DNA of 62,785 nt, the filler included, from Chiloscyllium plagiosum (lineage: Eukaryota): assembly GCF_004010195.1 (NCBI RefSeq). It is 5 parts of one record of this genome, joined end to end, with 100 filler letters (N's around TTAATTAATTAA, not from the genome) between each part and the next. Parts side by side here need not be neighbours in the genome. Positions count along the whole stretch, not along the records: positions 20,802 to 37,402 come from NC_057712.1; positions 37,503 to 51,422 come from NC_057712.1; 3 more parts are not named here. One strand, given 5' to 3'. The notes under the pieces were generated by a model that was given only the letters and a program-made list of their open reading frames with translations, was not told the DNA's origin and did no database searches. Below, one piece after another: positions 25,450 to 39,014 of this stretch. The translations under genes and the position numbers were made by a program. Every line of letters starts with the position of its first letter. Within the stretch, counting starts at the first letter, position 1.

Positions 25450-26565
25450 AACTGTAGAGGAAGTCTCCAATGGTTGGAGTCATACCTACCACAATGGAAG
25501 ATAGTTGTGGTTGCTGGGGGTCAATCATTTCTGTCCCAGGGCTTATACTCCTGCTATACTTCACACGGGAATGTCCAAGGCCAAACTACCTTCAGCTGCT
25601 TTGTCAATGGCCTTCCGTCCAACAGAAGTGTTGATGTTCTCTGATGATAGTACAATGTTGAGCATCACATTGACCCAATACCTTCCAATATTCAGAAAGA
25701 CATGGACAACATTCAGGCTAGGGGTAAAAAGTGACAAGTAACATTCATTCTACAGATAGGCCAGACAATTCCAACCTCTAACCATCGAGGAGAAAGTGAG
25801 GTCTGCAGATGCTGGAGATCAAAGTTGAAACTTTATTGCTGGAACAGCACAGCAGGTCAGGCAGCATCCAGGGAACAGGAGATTCGACGTTTCGGGCACA
25901 GGCCCTTCTTCAGGAATCAACCTCTAACCATCACCACGTGACATTCAATGGCATTGCCATTGTTGAATCTCACACTGTCACCATCCTGATAGCGAAATGG
26001 ATATAAATACAGGGGCTACAGCTGCAGGGCAGAGGCTTAGACTACTGCAATGAGTAACTTACCAACTGAATCTCCAAAGCCTGTCCACAAAGTACAAGTG
26101 ATGAGTGTGATGGGATACACCCCACTTGACTGGATGGGTGCAGCTCCAACATCACTCAAGAATCTCAACACCATACAAGACAACGAAACCCGCTTGATTG
26201 GCACCCCATCTACCACCTTAAGCATTCACTTCATCCACCACTGCAGCAATGGGCCATTTACAAAATGCATTGCAACCACTCAGCACGGCTCCTTCAGCAG
26301 CAATTTCCAAATTTGCGACCACTGCCATCGAGAAGAACAAGGTAGGCAGAGAAATACCAACACTAGGGCACGCGAGTTCAGCTCCAAACCACTCACCATC
26401 TTAATTTAGAAACATATCACTGTTCCTTCAGTGCCACAGGGTAAAAATCCTGGTTTGCCTCCCTAACTTTATTGTGGTACACCCATCTGCATGGACTATG
26501 TCAAGAAAGGTCAAAAAAGCTCCTCATCATCTGTTGAAAACCGTTTTGGACGGGTAGTAAATATT
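25450..26565 (+). mobile_element. 3' part of the same second LINE family
   Basis: LQWLESYL, MFSDD, KVQVMSVMGYTPLDWMGA...LNTIQ motifs. Confidence 0.75.
25787..25917 (-). mobile_element. Penelope family A terminus with intact hammerhead
   Basis: Minus strand CTGAAGA-A-GGGC-CTGT-GCCC-GAAAC-GTC; 15-bp TSD CAACCTCTAACCATC at 25772-25786 and 25918-25932. Confidence 0.85.
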
Positions 26566-26719
26566 TGATTTGATTTGATTTGATTTATTATTGTCGCATG
26601 TACCTAAGTACAGTGGAAAGTTCTGTTCTGCATGCAGCATAGGCAGATCATACCATACAAAGATTATAGGGTGATTGGACACAGCAGGGAATACAAAACG
26701 TAATAATGTTTATAGACAC

Positions 26720-27402
26720 AAGTGGAGTCACAGGTAGACAGAGCAGCAAAGAAGCCTTTTGGCACACTGGCCTTCACCAGTCAGGGCACTGAGTATAGAA
26801 GTTAGAAAGTTATGGTGCAGTTGTACATACATTGGTGAGACCGCACTTGGAGTATTGTGTTCCGTTTTGGTCATCTTGCTATAGGAAGGATGTTATTAAA
26901 CTATAAAGTGTGCAGAAGAAATTTACAAGGATGTTGCCAGAACTCAATGGTCTGAATTTTAGGGACAAGTTAGACAAGCTAAGACTTTTTTTCTTTCGGG
27001 CACAGGAGACTGAGGGGGGATCTTTAAGAGGTGCATAAGATCATGAGAGGTATGGATAGGTTGAATGCACTCAGCATTTTTCCCAGAGTTAGGGAATCGA
27101 AGACTAGAGGGCATCAGTTTAGGGTTAGAGGGGAAAGAATAAAAGGGCACCTGAGGGGCAACTTTTTTACACAGAGGGTGGTACACAAATGGAATGAGCT
27201 GCCAGTGGAAATTGTTGAGGTGGGTACGTTAACAACATTTAAAAGGCATTCTGATAAATGCATGCATAGGAAAGATTTAGAAGGATATGGATAAGGAAAC
27301 AGGGAAATGGGGTGAGCATAGATGGGCATTTTGGTCAGCATGGACCAGTTTGGGACAAGAGCCATGTCCGTGCTACAGGAGTCTCTGACTCTATGACTCT
27401 GA
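26720..27402 (+). mobile_element. CR1 LINE 3' end
   Basis: ORF 27031 (RGNFFTQRVV..WNELP) and a (GACTCTAT)-like tail. Confidence 0.8.
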
Positions 27403-27664
27403 CTTAGAATTGAGGTTTAAAAGTGCAGAACAATTGTAAGAAATGTGAGAATAAAATCTGTACTAGAGAGCTCTCCCTAATCATATTGTGCCCCTCTTTC
27501 TTCAAAATCCTATTGGGTGTCAGTTAGCTCAGTTGGCTGACTGGCTGGCCTCTCTTGGTGCCATTTTGAAAGGCTGGCTTGGCCTAACCAGTGATGCCCA
27601 TAAATGAATTTTTAAACATATATATATATTCAACAATCAGGGAGGCAAATGAATGTTAGGTAGA

Positions 27665-28460
27665 GGTCGATATTGCAGATGCTGGAGATTAGAGTCAAGA
27701 TGAGAGTGGTGCTGGAAAAACACAGCAGGTCAGGCAGCATCTGGGGGGCAGGAAAATTGATGTTTCGGGCAAAAGCCCTTCATCAGGAATGAGGCAAGGA
27801 GCCTCAGGGGTGGAGAGATAAATGGGAGGGAGGTGGAGTTGATGGGGAAGGTAGCTAAGAATGTGATAGGTAGATGAAGGTGGGGGCGGAGGTGATAAGT
27901 AGGAGAGGAAGGTGGAGCAGATAGATGGGAAAGGTGATGGACAGGTCAGAGTTAGAGGCTTGGGACGGGGATAATGTGGAGGGGGAGGGGTCTCCTCTAC
28001 ATCGGGGAAACAGGACGCCAACTTGGAGATCGTTTCAGAGAACATCTCTGGGACGCCTGCACCAACCAATGCCATGGCTCCGAGGTTGAACACTTCAACT
28101 CCCCCTCCCAGTTCATCAAGGACATGCAGGCCCTGGGCCTCCTCCCTTAGAACCCAACATCTGGAGAAAAACGCCTCATATTCTGCTTTGAGACCCTGCA
28201 ACCACATGGCATCAATGTGGAGTTCATCAGTTTCCTCATTTCCCCTTCCCCCCACATTATCCTAGTCCCAAGCCTCTAACTCAGCACTGCCCTCCTGACC
28301 CACCCATCATCTCTCCCATCTATCCGTTCCACCTTCCTCTCCGACCTCTCAGCCCCCCACTTCCACCCCCCCCACCCCGCCCACTAGCCTGAAACATTGA
28401 TTCTCCTGCTCCTTGGATGCTGCCCAACCTGCTGTGATTTTCCAGCACCACACTCTTGAC
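27665..28460. mobile_element. Internally deleted Penelope family A element with long inverted repeats
   Basis: GIY-YIG remnant LLYIGETGRQL..RFREHL at ~27992-28050; inverted termini. Confidence 0.8.
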
Positions 28461-30109
28461 CACAACCTTGCTTCAAGACTGTATGAGCTACACCAAGTCC
28501 CTATGTCCCATATAGCCTTCTTATTTCTCTCCATTGGGTTCAATATTATCATTGAAGTCAAATTTTGATTCCAACCTATGACAAATGGAAATTTTTACCG
28601 GAGTTTCACAAACAACATTTTGCTCTTCCTGGGAAATTGAGTCTTGAAGCACTCAAGCGAATGCATTCCTTGATGTAATTTAAAGTACTTAACTGTACCA
28701 TTGGTACAGTGACCTTTTCCTTTAACAATAGGACTCAGGTAATTCAATCATGAAGGTTTGTGCATTTCTTATATAAGGTTGCAAGTGTAGGTAAGTGGTA
28801 AAGACAGTAACTTAAATGGAACTACATGATTCCCCTGATAAATACTATCAAAGAGAAAGAGAGAAATTATATTTGACCTCAATGAATACTAAATCCTTTT
28901 TACCCACTGATATTTAGAAGTCTGTGGATATAGATTAAGTGGGGGAACGGGGAGGGGAAATGGATGGGCAGCTGTTAATGCAGGGTGCACTAAGAGGCTA
29001 TGTAAATTCAACTACAACCAGCCCACTGCCTTCACATTGCCACATCATGGATGCTTCCCTGATGTAATGCTACCTGACAGGAGCTCATCAGGCGAAATTT
29101 GGAAGAGAGCTTGTGAATTGAGTACAACTTAACAGTGCACTTGTGAGAATGGATCTGGAGAGGTTTACTCCCCTTACATGAGGAGGGACAAACTTGCATT
29201 GGAAACAGCTGAGAGTAGATTCACAAGCCTCATTCCTAGCATGAAGAAACCTGTGTCTTTTGGAGGAAGGGTTGGGTAGGGGGTTGGGAAGAATGAGAGA
29301 TGGTCTCATTGAAACGTGTAATTTTCCAAGGGAGTTTGGCATGATAGATACCAAGAAGTTCTATCATCTCATGGGAGGATTTGAGAAATAAGGGAAAAAT
29401 TCAAAGTGGAGTTGAGGAGGAATTTCTCCTCTTTGAAGTTTGTTAGTCTTTTGCATTCTTTTCCCCAGAGGATGGGTCATGGAATACATTCAACTCTGAA
29501 TCAGCAAGGGAGTCAAGGGTTAGGGTCAATAGTGGAGTTATGGCCCCAACTGGATGAATCCTGATCTCAGTGAACAGCAGAGCAGGTTAAAGGGGATCAG
29601 ATAGCTTTCTATTTCTGACCAGCTAGTGATCTTCCCAACTTTATTGTGTCTACATTCAAGGTTCAACTTTTTTATTGCTTATCTTACCTTGCCAAATCTC
29701 TGAGAATCGTCTGAATTCTTCAGGAAATGAGGATTAATCTCCCAATCAATGCCATGAGCAATGCAGGACTAAAAGGGAAGGTTGTATTCTGTAATGAAAT
29801 TAGTACCATGTGGGATTAATTGGATTCCAGTTTCAAAGGGCTATGGGGTCTGGAGGATCAAACATACTTTTTCTCTGCTGTATCAGTCTACGATCTTTAA
29901 TTCTCTATGGCCGAATATCTAGCATTGATTATGAAGCAGCAGGCATGACTGATGGTCAAGGGAGACAAATTGACAACCTCTCAGGAGGGGAAGAGGAAGT
30001 CAAAACTTTGTAGATACATTGAACATCAGTCAATAGAAACTGGGAACATCAGCAATTGACAACTCAGTCTTAACGCTTTACCCTCTGAGTATAAAAGGTG
30101 TGTTTGAAG

Positions 30110-31185
30110 TGATGGTGTAGTGGGGTTGTTGTTGGACTAGTAATCCAGAAACCAAGGTAATGTTCTGGGGACCTGGATTCCAATCCCACCAGAGCAACTG
30201 GTGTAATTTAAAGTCAATAAATAACTGGAATAAAAAAACCTAAAGGTGAGCGTAAAGTCATAAAAACCGATCTGGTTCATAGATATCCTTTAGAGAAAGA
30301 AATCAGCCATCCTAACTTAATCTGGCCTACATGTGGCTGTGGACCCACAGCAATGTGGTTGATACTTAAATATGCTCTAAAATTGCCCAAGCAAGCCAGT
30401 CAGTTGTATCAACTGATAGTAAATGGAATGAAACTGGACAGACCACTTAGCATCAATGTAGACACTGGAAATGACAATAGCAATAACAATCCTGTCAACC
30501 TGGTGAGGGGCTTTTGCCTGAAACATCGACACTCCTGCTCCTCGGATGCTGCCTGACCTACTGTGCCTTTCCAGCGCCACACTCTCAACTCTAATCTCCA
30601 GCATCTGCAGTCTTCACTTTCACCCTGTCTCACAGACTAGTCAATCAACAGCCTGACACATTCATACTCACGGAATCATACCTTCCAGACAATGTCCCAG
30701 ATACCACCATCATCATCCCCGGATATATCCTGTCCCACCGGCAGGACAGAGCCAGCAGAGGTGGTGGCATAATGGTATACAGTCAGGGGGATATTGCGTT
30801 GGTAGTCCTCAACATTGATTCTGGACCTCATGAAGAATAATGGCATTGGGTCAACATGGGTAAGGAAACCTCCCACTGCTTACTAAATCCACCTCAGTCC
30901 TTCCTCTCAGAGCTTAGCTGATGAGTTAGTGCTCCTCCATGTTGAGCCACACGGAGCAGTACTGAGGGTGGTGAGAATATACTCTGGATGGGGGATTTCA
31001 CTGTCCACCACCAACAGTGGCTACTAATCCAGCTGATCAGTTCCAAAAGGACAAAGCTGCTAGGTTAGGTCTGCAGCAAGTGGTGAGGGAACCAACAAGA
31101 GGGAAAAACGTCCTTGACTTCTTTACCAACCTTGCAGCTGCAGAAACATCTGTCCATGTCAGTGCTGGTAAGACTGACCATATGA
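30110..31185 (+). mobile_element. LINE 5' end with tRNA-like head and APE endonuclease ORF remnant (Penelope fragment inserted at ~30498-30625)
   Basis: A-box TGGTGTAGTGG at ~30113 and B-box GGATTCCAATCCC at ~30175; then LSHRLVNQQPDTFILTESYL, HRQDRASRGGG, WMGDF and TDH. Confidence 0.8.
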
Positions 31186-31954
31186 GCATATTTTTGCAAA
31201 AGGCTTACAATGAACTTTTAATCAAAACATGAACAGCATCCTGGACCTGGCAAAGATGAAAAAAAACAGAAAATTTATTCCAAAAGAAAAAAAGACATAA
31301 GTTAGGTTACATAACATAAGAACTATTTGAAGCAGTCTTTTTACAAATATCAGAAAGAAGTATTCAACCCTTCACCCCATCAACAGCCTTACAGACCCTC
31401 AAACCTCAGGGAAGAGTCACCCTGTCTTGCAGTTGGCATGCTGCAATTGGTTTCCTCTCAACAAATGTATGCATTTACTCGAGGTGTTTTCTTAAGTTAA
31501 TGTCTCTTTCTGAATCTCCTAAACAAGCTGCTAACTCAGCTCACTTATTGCTTAACATCAACTACTTAAATCCATGACTTCTACTTCCAGTATTATCAGG
31601 ACTTCTCCCACAGGTCCTGACTGTTTCAGAGACTGTTAAACTAAAAGCACATGTTCTCTCTGAATGAACCTGCACATTGTCTATAACTTTTGTCAGTCTC
31701 CCCCTGTCATCGGACATCTCATTATTTGCAGACAATTGAATTTTGTCCTTAGAGGCTACTTCAGTGTAAATCCTCGATAGAATGCACATATCAATATATT
31801 TGAGGCTTCCTGGCACCAAATATGACAAACTCAAGGGCAAAACCAAAACTAGCACCTTCCTTTTCTTAACGCACAACAAATAAATGCAAATCAAAATTAA
31901 CGTTAGACATCATTCTTTCACTTCAGAACCAAGATCTCAAGTGAGATTGAAGGT

Positions 31955-32255
31955 AGTGGATCAATGAGAATGTCACTGGACTAGCAATCCAGAACCCAGG
32001 TTAATGTTCTGGGCACCTGGGCATAAATATCTCACCCCATGTCAGAGGGTGAAATGTGAATTCAGTAGAAAGCTAGCTGACAGCTGCCATATGACTTTTG
32101 ACTGTGAGAAAAGGAAACACACCTGGTTCACTTTAGGAAAGGAAATCTGCCATTCTTACCTCATCTGACCTACATGTGACTCCAGACCTAACAGCAATTG
32201 GATAATTGGGATGGGCAATAAATGCCTTGACTCAGATGTCCTGTGAATGAGTAAG
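31955..32255 (+). mobile_element. Short tRNA-headed SINE sharing the head of the 30110 LINE
   Basis: GTCACTGGACTAGCAATCCAGA... head, CTACATGTGACTCCAGACC body and GGGCAATAAATG tail. Confidence 0.7.
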
Positions 32256-33486
32256 AGAAAAGCAATAATGACATATTCTGAACCTTTATCACAAAGGGAA
32301 GATAGAAGTTTGCAAACGGAAATGTTAGATCGTTGTCAATTTTATATTTAATATTGACAGATTTTCATTATCCAAATGGCCTTGGGGCAGAGGTAGGCTA
32401 ATAGGATTAGTTTGCAGCACATCCATAATATCATTGACATGGGAAATGGGCTCAAGGGCTTAATGGTAAACTCCAGTTCCTTTATCCTTATATTCAGTAA
32501 TTCAGCATTCTAGAGGCTTGAAGGATTATTCTATCGGTCAGCTCCAACTTTTATGTAGCTTTTGTTTTGCATGCTCCATACGCACAGGAGATATGGCATT
32601 CAAATGGTAGTCTCCTGAGACTTAAAAAAAAAATAAATCAACCTTGTGTTACCATAGCAGCAGGCAAACTTCATAGAAAGCTGCCAGTTATGATGGATAG
32701 GTACTGGCTGTGGCTTCAGAACTTCAATCTTAAGCTATGAGTTGCGTTGGTTTATAAATGAGACCTGCATACCCACTTTAATTCCATTTTGTTGTTATTC
32801 TAAAGCATCATTTACTTGCACTCACATTTAATGTCCCTTGAGTGATGGACTTATTACGAGGAATGGACAACAACGATGCCGAAGTAAAGAGAAATCAGCC
32901 AAAGATATATGGCAACGTGGGTGCCATCCGTCACCGTGAAAGTGGACTCATTCTTTAGCCATGGCAGCCCCCCCCCCCTTTTATAATGGGGAACGAATAA
33001 GGAAATGAACAAGGGGATGGGCCTTGGATTCCACAATTCGGAAAATAGAGGAAATGCAGCTAGGATGATTCAAAAATGTCAGGCTGATTTATGAGTTATT
33101 TTTCACATGAGGTACACCAACAAGAAGCATGTAGCATTCTTGTTTCCAAGTTTATATATTTGTGTAAATGAACAGGGGAATGCTTATGGTGGGTGAGGGC
33201 AGGATGGGGGAGGGGGGAGGGGAGAGCAGTTAGTGACCCTGCCTTCTACTTTGCTTTACACAACCCATTCACTGTTTCAGTGGTGAGGCTTCACTATTAC
33301 ACTCAGAATTTCTTTGCTTAACAGCAGCACAGCTCATGGCATTTCCCGTTCTCTGCGGATAATTGGTACAATGGCAATACAGGAGGAGCAGGTCTGTACT
33401 AGCTAATTGATAACATCCAAAGTTTGCTGTCTGAGCTGTGACAGTCTCTGTTTCCTTTGCAAAAATGCCATCCTTCTAGTTGTAAA

Positions 33487-34000
33487 GTCACAGAGTCATG
33501 GAGATTTACAGCACAGAAACTGATCCTTCGGTCCAACTTGTCCATGCTGACAAGATAGCTTAATTTAATCTAGTCCCAATTGCCAGCATTTGGCCCATAT
33601 CCCTCCAAACCCTTCCTATTCATATACCCATCCAGATGCCTTTTAAATGTTGCAATTGTACCAGCCTCCACCACTTCCTCTGGCAGCTCATTCCATACAC
33701 GGTCTATCCTCTGCATTAAAAAGTTGTCCCTTACAACCCTTTTAAATTGTTACCCTTTCACCTTAAACCAATGCCCTCTAGTTGTGAACTCCCCCATCTT
33801 GGGAAAAGACCTTGTCTATTTAACCCTATCCATGCCCGTCATGATTTTATAAACCTCAATAAGGTCACCCCTCACTTTAACACTCCAGGGAAAACAGTCC
33901 CAGCCGATTGAACCTCTCCATACAGCTCAACCCCTCCAACCCTGGCAACATCCTTGTGAATCTTTTCTGATCCCTTTCAGGTTTCACAACATCCTTCTTA
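33487..34000 (-). mobile_element. CR1 LINE 3' end
   Basis: Closely similar to the 57598 copy. Confidence 0.85.
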
Positions 34001-34104
34001 GAAGCTTTCGCAGTTTGCCAACTAATGCCCCAGTACATTTATTCTAAGTTAAGGCTTGAGCTGGCTGGCTCATGGAGTAGGAGAACTGACATACTTTTGA
34101 AAAA

Positions 34105-34430
34105 ATGTATTCATTAACAGGATTTGGGCATATTTGGCTAGGTCAGTATTTAATTGCCCATCTCTAATTACCCAGAGGACATTTCAGAGTCACCCACATT
34201 GCTGTGGGTCTGGAGTCACATGGAGGCCAGACCAGGTAAGGATGGCAGTTCCCCTCCCCTAAGAACATTAGTGAACCAGATGGATTTTTTCAACATTTGA
34301 TTCATGGTCATTATTGGACTTTTAATTCTAGAATTTTGTTGAATTCAAATTCCAACATCTGCCATGGCATGAATCAAACCAGGATCCCCAGGACATTTTT
34401 GGGTCTCTGATACCACTGGGCCGTTGCTAT
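34105..34430 (-). mobile_element. Short tRNA-headed SINE (same family as 39320)
   Basis: Reverse complement of the 39320-39660 element. Confidence 0.75.
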
Positions 34431-34459
34431 CCCGGGTCGGAGTATACTCAGTGGGGTTT

Positions 34460-34855
34460 AGTAGATTGATAATGAGATATCATAGAAACCTATGAAATTC
34501 TAACAGAACAAACACAGGAAGGATGTTTCCTCTGACCAGGGCAGCCAAAAGTACAAGTCATGGTCTAATGGATCGGGGCTCGGCCATTTAGAACTGAGAT
34601 AAGGAGAAATTTCTTCACCCAGAGAATGATGAGCCTGCAGAATTCTCTACCACAGAAAGTGATTGAAGCAAAAATATTGCATGTTCTCAAGAAAGACTTA
34701 GACAAAGTTCTTAGGGCTCAAAGGATCATAAGATATGGGGAGAAAGCAGGGATAGGGTACTGAGTTGGATGATCAGCTGTGATCATATTGAAAGATTGTT
34801 CAGGCTTGAAGGGCTGAATGGCCTACTCTTGCTCCTATTTTCTGTGGTTCTACAT
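34460..34855 (+). mobile_element. CR1 LINE 3' end
   Basis: RRNFFTQR.. followed by a 3'UTR. Confidence 0.75.
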
Positions 34856-36046
34856 GTGCCAGTTACCGGCTTAATGGGATGGTACTGCTAGTCAACCACC
34901 TAAAAAGTGAACAAGTGTGGGATTGAAAATCGAAAATTTTGAATTTTCCAGCAAGAGTTTGGAAGCATAAACAATTTTTTTTCCCTTTGTTTCTTTTGCC
35001 CTACCCCCTTTTCAGCCTTTTTCTCCCTCTCTTTCTTTTGCTTTGTCTACCTGCTTTGATATTAAATCCCCCTCTACTATAATTCACCCTTTTTCTCAGT
35101 CCTTCCCAAATTCATTTCGCAGTCTCTTTGGATCTGGAGTTGCACTGTTTAGTTGCACTATTTACCCAGGTCCCAGTCACCCTGGGTCTCCGGCTTCATC
35201 ATTATCACTTCATCCTTCCTGTGCAATGCATGAAGCTGAAATGTAGAGAACAAGGTTAACTAGTGAGCGTCACATACCATAATTAAAAGAAGAACGCAAG
35301 CAGAATGCGAGCGATCTAGTGAGATGCTGACAGGCGTTTCGCGCTCTAACCTTCTAATTAGCAGCAGAAAGTTTGCTCAGGGAGTTCACATTCAAGTCTT
35401 GCCGGGTCAGCAATCAACACTCGTTGGGGTGCAAAACTGGAGCTAGCAATAAGCAAAGGAATTTAATTTTGGAGAGAATGATGGATGCTATCTTTGAAGA
35501 TCTGTAACATTGACTGTCTCTGTACACAGTACCCGGCCAGCTGTGTATTGTCAGCATTTTCCATTTCCTCTTCATTCCCCGCCATGTTTTGCTTTCATTT
35601 TGAAAACAGTTATCTCTGCCCTGTGATGTTTCGTTCTGTGACTTGATGCAGTTCACTGACCAAGCGGTGATAGTTTGGCCTGTACTTGTAGCGCAGGATG
35701 AGTTGGAAAACTGAAGAATGTATATCAGCAGGAAAAAGTAGGTTCAGTCCATCTCGTCCGTCTTAGACTTCAAACACAGAATGGGTAGTTCACAGTCTAT
35801 CCTTCTCAATCGGAAGTGAGGATAATGTCAGCAAACTTCCACAATTGTCCTGGCATCTTCAGAAGCTAAAGTTAATCTCACATGGAGGAGGTAATTCCTA
35901 GGGCATAAAACAAACTATTTTATCCTTTCCCAATAACCATGTGGTGGAACAAAAGACACATCCTATTGCAGCTTTCCACCCTGTACTCATTTATTCCTGA
36001 TGTGGAGGCGCCAAAGCTGGGCTGGTGTGGACAGAGTCAAAGTTCA

Positions 36047-36847
36047 CATAGAGTCATAGAGGTGTACAGCATGGAAACAGACCCTTCGGTCCAACCTGTC
36101 CATGCCAACCAGATATCCCAACCCAAGCTAGTCCCACCTGCCAGTACCCGGTTCATAGCCCTCCAAACCCTTCCTATTCATATACCTATCCAAATGCCTC
36201 TTAAATGTTGCAATTGTACCAGTCTCCACCACATCCTCTGGCAGCTCATTCCATACAGGTATCACCCTCTGCGTGAAAAAGTTGCCCCTTAGGTCTTTTT
36301 TAGATCTTTCTCCTCTCACCCTAAACCTATGCCTTCTAGTTCTGGACTCCCCGACCCCCAGGGAAAAGACTTTGCCTATTTACCCTATCCATGCCCCTCA
36401 TAATTTTGTAAACCTCTATAGGATCACCCCTCAGCCTCCGATGCTCCAGGGAAAACAGCCCCAGTCTGTTCAGCCTCTCCCTATAGCTCAAATCCTCCAA
36501 CCCTGGCAACATCCTTGTAAATCTTTTCTGAACCCTTTCAAGTTTCATAACATCTTTCCGATGGGAAGGAGATCAGAATTGCACGCAATATTCCAACCTG
36601 TACATTGGCCTAACCAATGTCCTGTACAGCTGCAACATGACCTCCCAACTCCTGTACTCAATACTCTGACCAATAAAGGAAAGCATACCAAACGCCTTCT
36701 TCACTATCCTGTCTACCTGCGACTCCATTTCAAGGAGCTATGAACCTGCACTCCAAGGTCTCCCGAGGACCTTACCATTAAGTGTATAAGTCCTGCTAAG
36801 ATTTGCTTTCCCAAAGTGCAGCTCCTCGCATTTATCTGAATTAAACT
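36047..36847 (-). mobile_element. CR1 LINE 3' end inserted into a Penelope family B terminus
   Basis: ORFs 36128 and 36336; family B sequence on both sides (~36000-36046 and 36848-36905). Confidence 0.85.
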
Positions 36848-36909
36848 TGACACCAGGTTATAGTCCAACAGGTTTATTTGAAACCACAAACTTTTGGAGC
36901 GCTGCAGAA

Positions 36910-37401
36910 AACTCAGAAAGGGATCATGCTGTAAGGTTGAGTGAAATAGGAGTTGATGGGAAGGGTTTGGGTAGTAACAAATTAAAAATACTATACATGA
37001 ATGCACGAAGCATTAGAAATAAGATGGATGAGCTTGAGGCTCTTTTGGAAATTGGCAGATACGATATTGTGGGGATAACTGAGACGTGGCTTCAAGTGGA
37101 CAGGGCCTGGGAAATGAATATTCAAGGCTACACGTGATATCGTAAGGACAGACTGATGGGCAGAGGGGGTGGGGTGGCCATGTTGGTAAGGGATTATATT
37201 CAGTCCCTTGCGTAGGGGGACCTAGAATCAGGGGATGTAGAGTCAGTGTGGATAGAGCTGAGAAATACTAAGGGTAAAAAGACCCTCTTAGAAGTTATCT
37301 ACAGGCCCCCAAACAGTAGTCTGGATGTCGGATGTAAGTTAAATCAGGAGCTGAAATTGGCCTGTCGCAAAGATGTCACTACAGTTGTTATGGGGGATTT
37401 C
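36910..37401 (+). mobile_element. CR1 ORF2 N-terminal APE endonuclease fragment
   Basis: LYMNARSIRNKMDEL, DIVGITETWL, IYRPPNS, VMGDF. Confidence 0.9.
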
Positions 37402-37502
37402 ANNNNNNNNNNNNNNNNNNNNNNNNNNNNNNNNNNNNNNNNNNNNTTAATTAATTAANNNNNNNNNNNNNNNNNNNNNNNNNNNNNNNNNNNNNNNNNN
37501 NN

Positions 37503-37683
37503 TTATCTCTCCACGCTTCAGGCTCTCTGCCTTTATTCCTGATGAAGAGCTTTTGCCCGAAACGTCAATTTTGCCTGTCCTCGGATTTTGCCTGTCCTCG
37601 GATGCTGCCTGAACTGCAGTGCTCTTCCAGCACCACTAATCCAGAATCTGGTTTCCAGCATCTGCAGTCATTGTTTTTACCTC
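37503..37683 (+). mobile_element. Penelope family A terminus with hammerhead
   Basis: CTGATGA-AGAGC-TTTT-GCCC-GAAAC-GTC at ~37539-37566. Confidence 0.8.
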
Positions 37684-37887
37684 ACTGAGCCACCATGTCC
37701 TCCCATAAGGCTAAGCTATTTTAAAGTGGAATACCTATGATTATTCCAAAGGGTTGGGAATCTAAAAATGGATCATCCCATTGCTTTACTACCTGATGCC
37801 AAGCCAGTGTGTTTGTTCACTCAAAGGAAAATCTCTCACACATTTTTGCAGAAAGTGAAGCAAAAAGGAAGCAACAAGGAATAATCT

Positions 37888-38148
37888 CACACACAGACAC
37901 AAACACGCACAGAGACACACACCCAGACACACACGCACAGGCACATACTCAGACACACGTCTACACAGACATACACAGACACACACACACACACAGACAC
38001 ACGCCTACACAGACATACACATACACACATACTCAGGCACACGCCTGCACAAACACACAGACACACACACACATAGACACAGGCCTGCACAGACATACAC
38101 ACAGACAGACATGTGGGCACACACACACACACACACATACACACAACA
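37888..38148. repeat. Imperfect (CA)n / CACACAGA microsatellite
   Basis: Seen directly in the sequence. Confidence 0.95.
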
Positions 38149-39014
38149 TCTGTGGATGAGAACCTGGCAAAACTTGGAAAAATTCACAATTTTCACAAAG
38201 CTAGACACAAATAGCAGTAATGACCTTTTGATGAGGAATCCACATTACTTTTAACCTTTCTCACACCATTTGGGAGAAGAGTTTTCAGCTGATGACATTC
38301 TAGTAAAACATCTACACTTGAAGTTTTTTATAGAAGGCTGGCTCTGTGTGACCTTCAGACAAGAAGGAGGTTGTGAATGCAGACTCAACGTTCTGTTGCT
38401 CTGCCAACACTTACAGCAGGTTTTGGTAAAGACTAAGGGAGAAAGAGGACGAGTACAATGAAAATGAAACAAGACATTTTGATCAATGCCATCGAGTACA
38501 CAAACTACCAGAACCCCAATTTGAATTTGCAACCAAAATCATCAAAGTCAAATTCTCCAAGTCATAGTGCTATGTTTTCTAATCTTGTAGGTACTGAGAG
38601 TGGAATGGTGAGAGGAAATGAGAGCCTTCAAGAGAGCAATGGATAATTATTTGTGTGGAAATAGTATGCAAGGGTAGGGGGAGAAAGCAGATAATTGGCA
38701 GTCGGGGGGTGATGTTGTTCATTTGAAATGCTGGAGCACACATGATAGGCCTGTAACACTCCTGTGATTCTGTGATTGTTCTCTCTAAGTTTAGGAGACA
38801 ATGTTTTCCAACAATGTAAGCAGCCTGCATTCTCCTTCATTCTGAGCGTAACTAAGCAATAATTAATCTAATGGTTAGGATTCAGTGCTTTGACTGCTGC
38901 AGCCTGGTTTCCCAAGCTGGGAATGCAAGTTTCAGCTCAACAAAACCCTGGTTCAATCCAACTTCGATTATTGTCACCAGATCTGAGTACACAGACCTTA
39001 GGAAGGATATATCA

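Noticed and set aside
31185..31920. Possible additional solo LTR
   Set aside because: The composition is LTR-like, but I could not define TG..CA ends with a TSD.
37789..38208. Cys/Val- and His/Thr-rich ORFs
   Set aside because: Translations of a (CA)n microsatellite.
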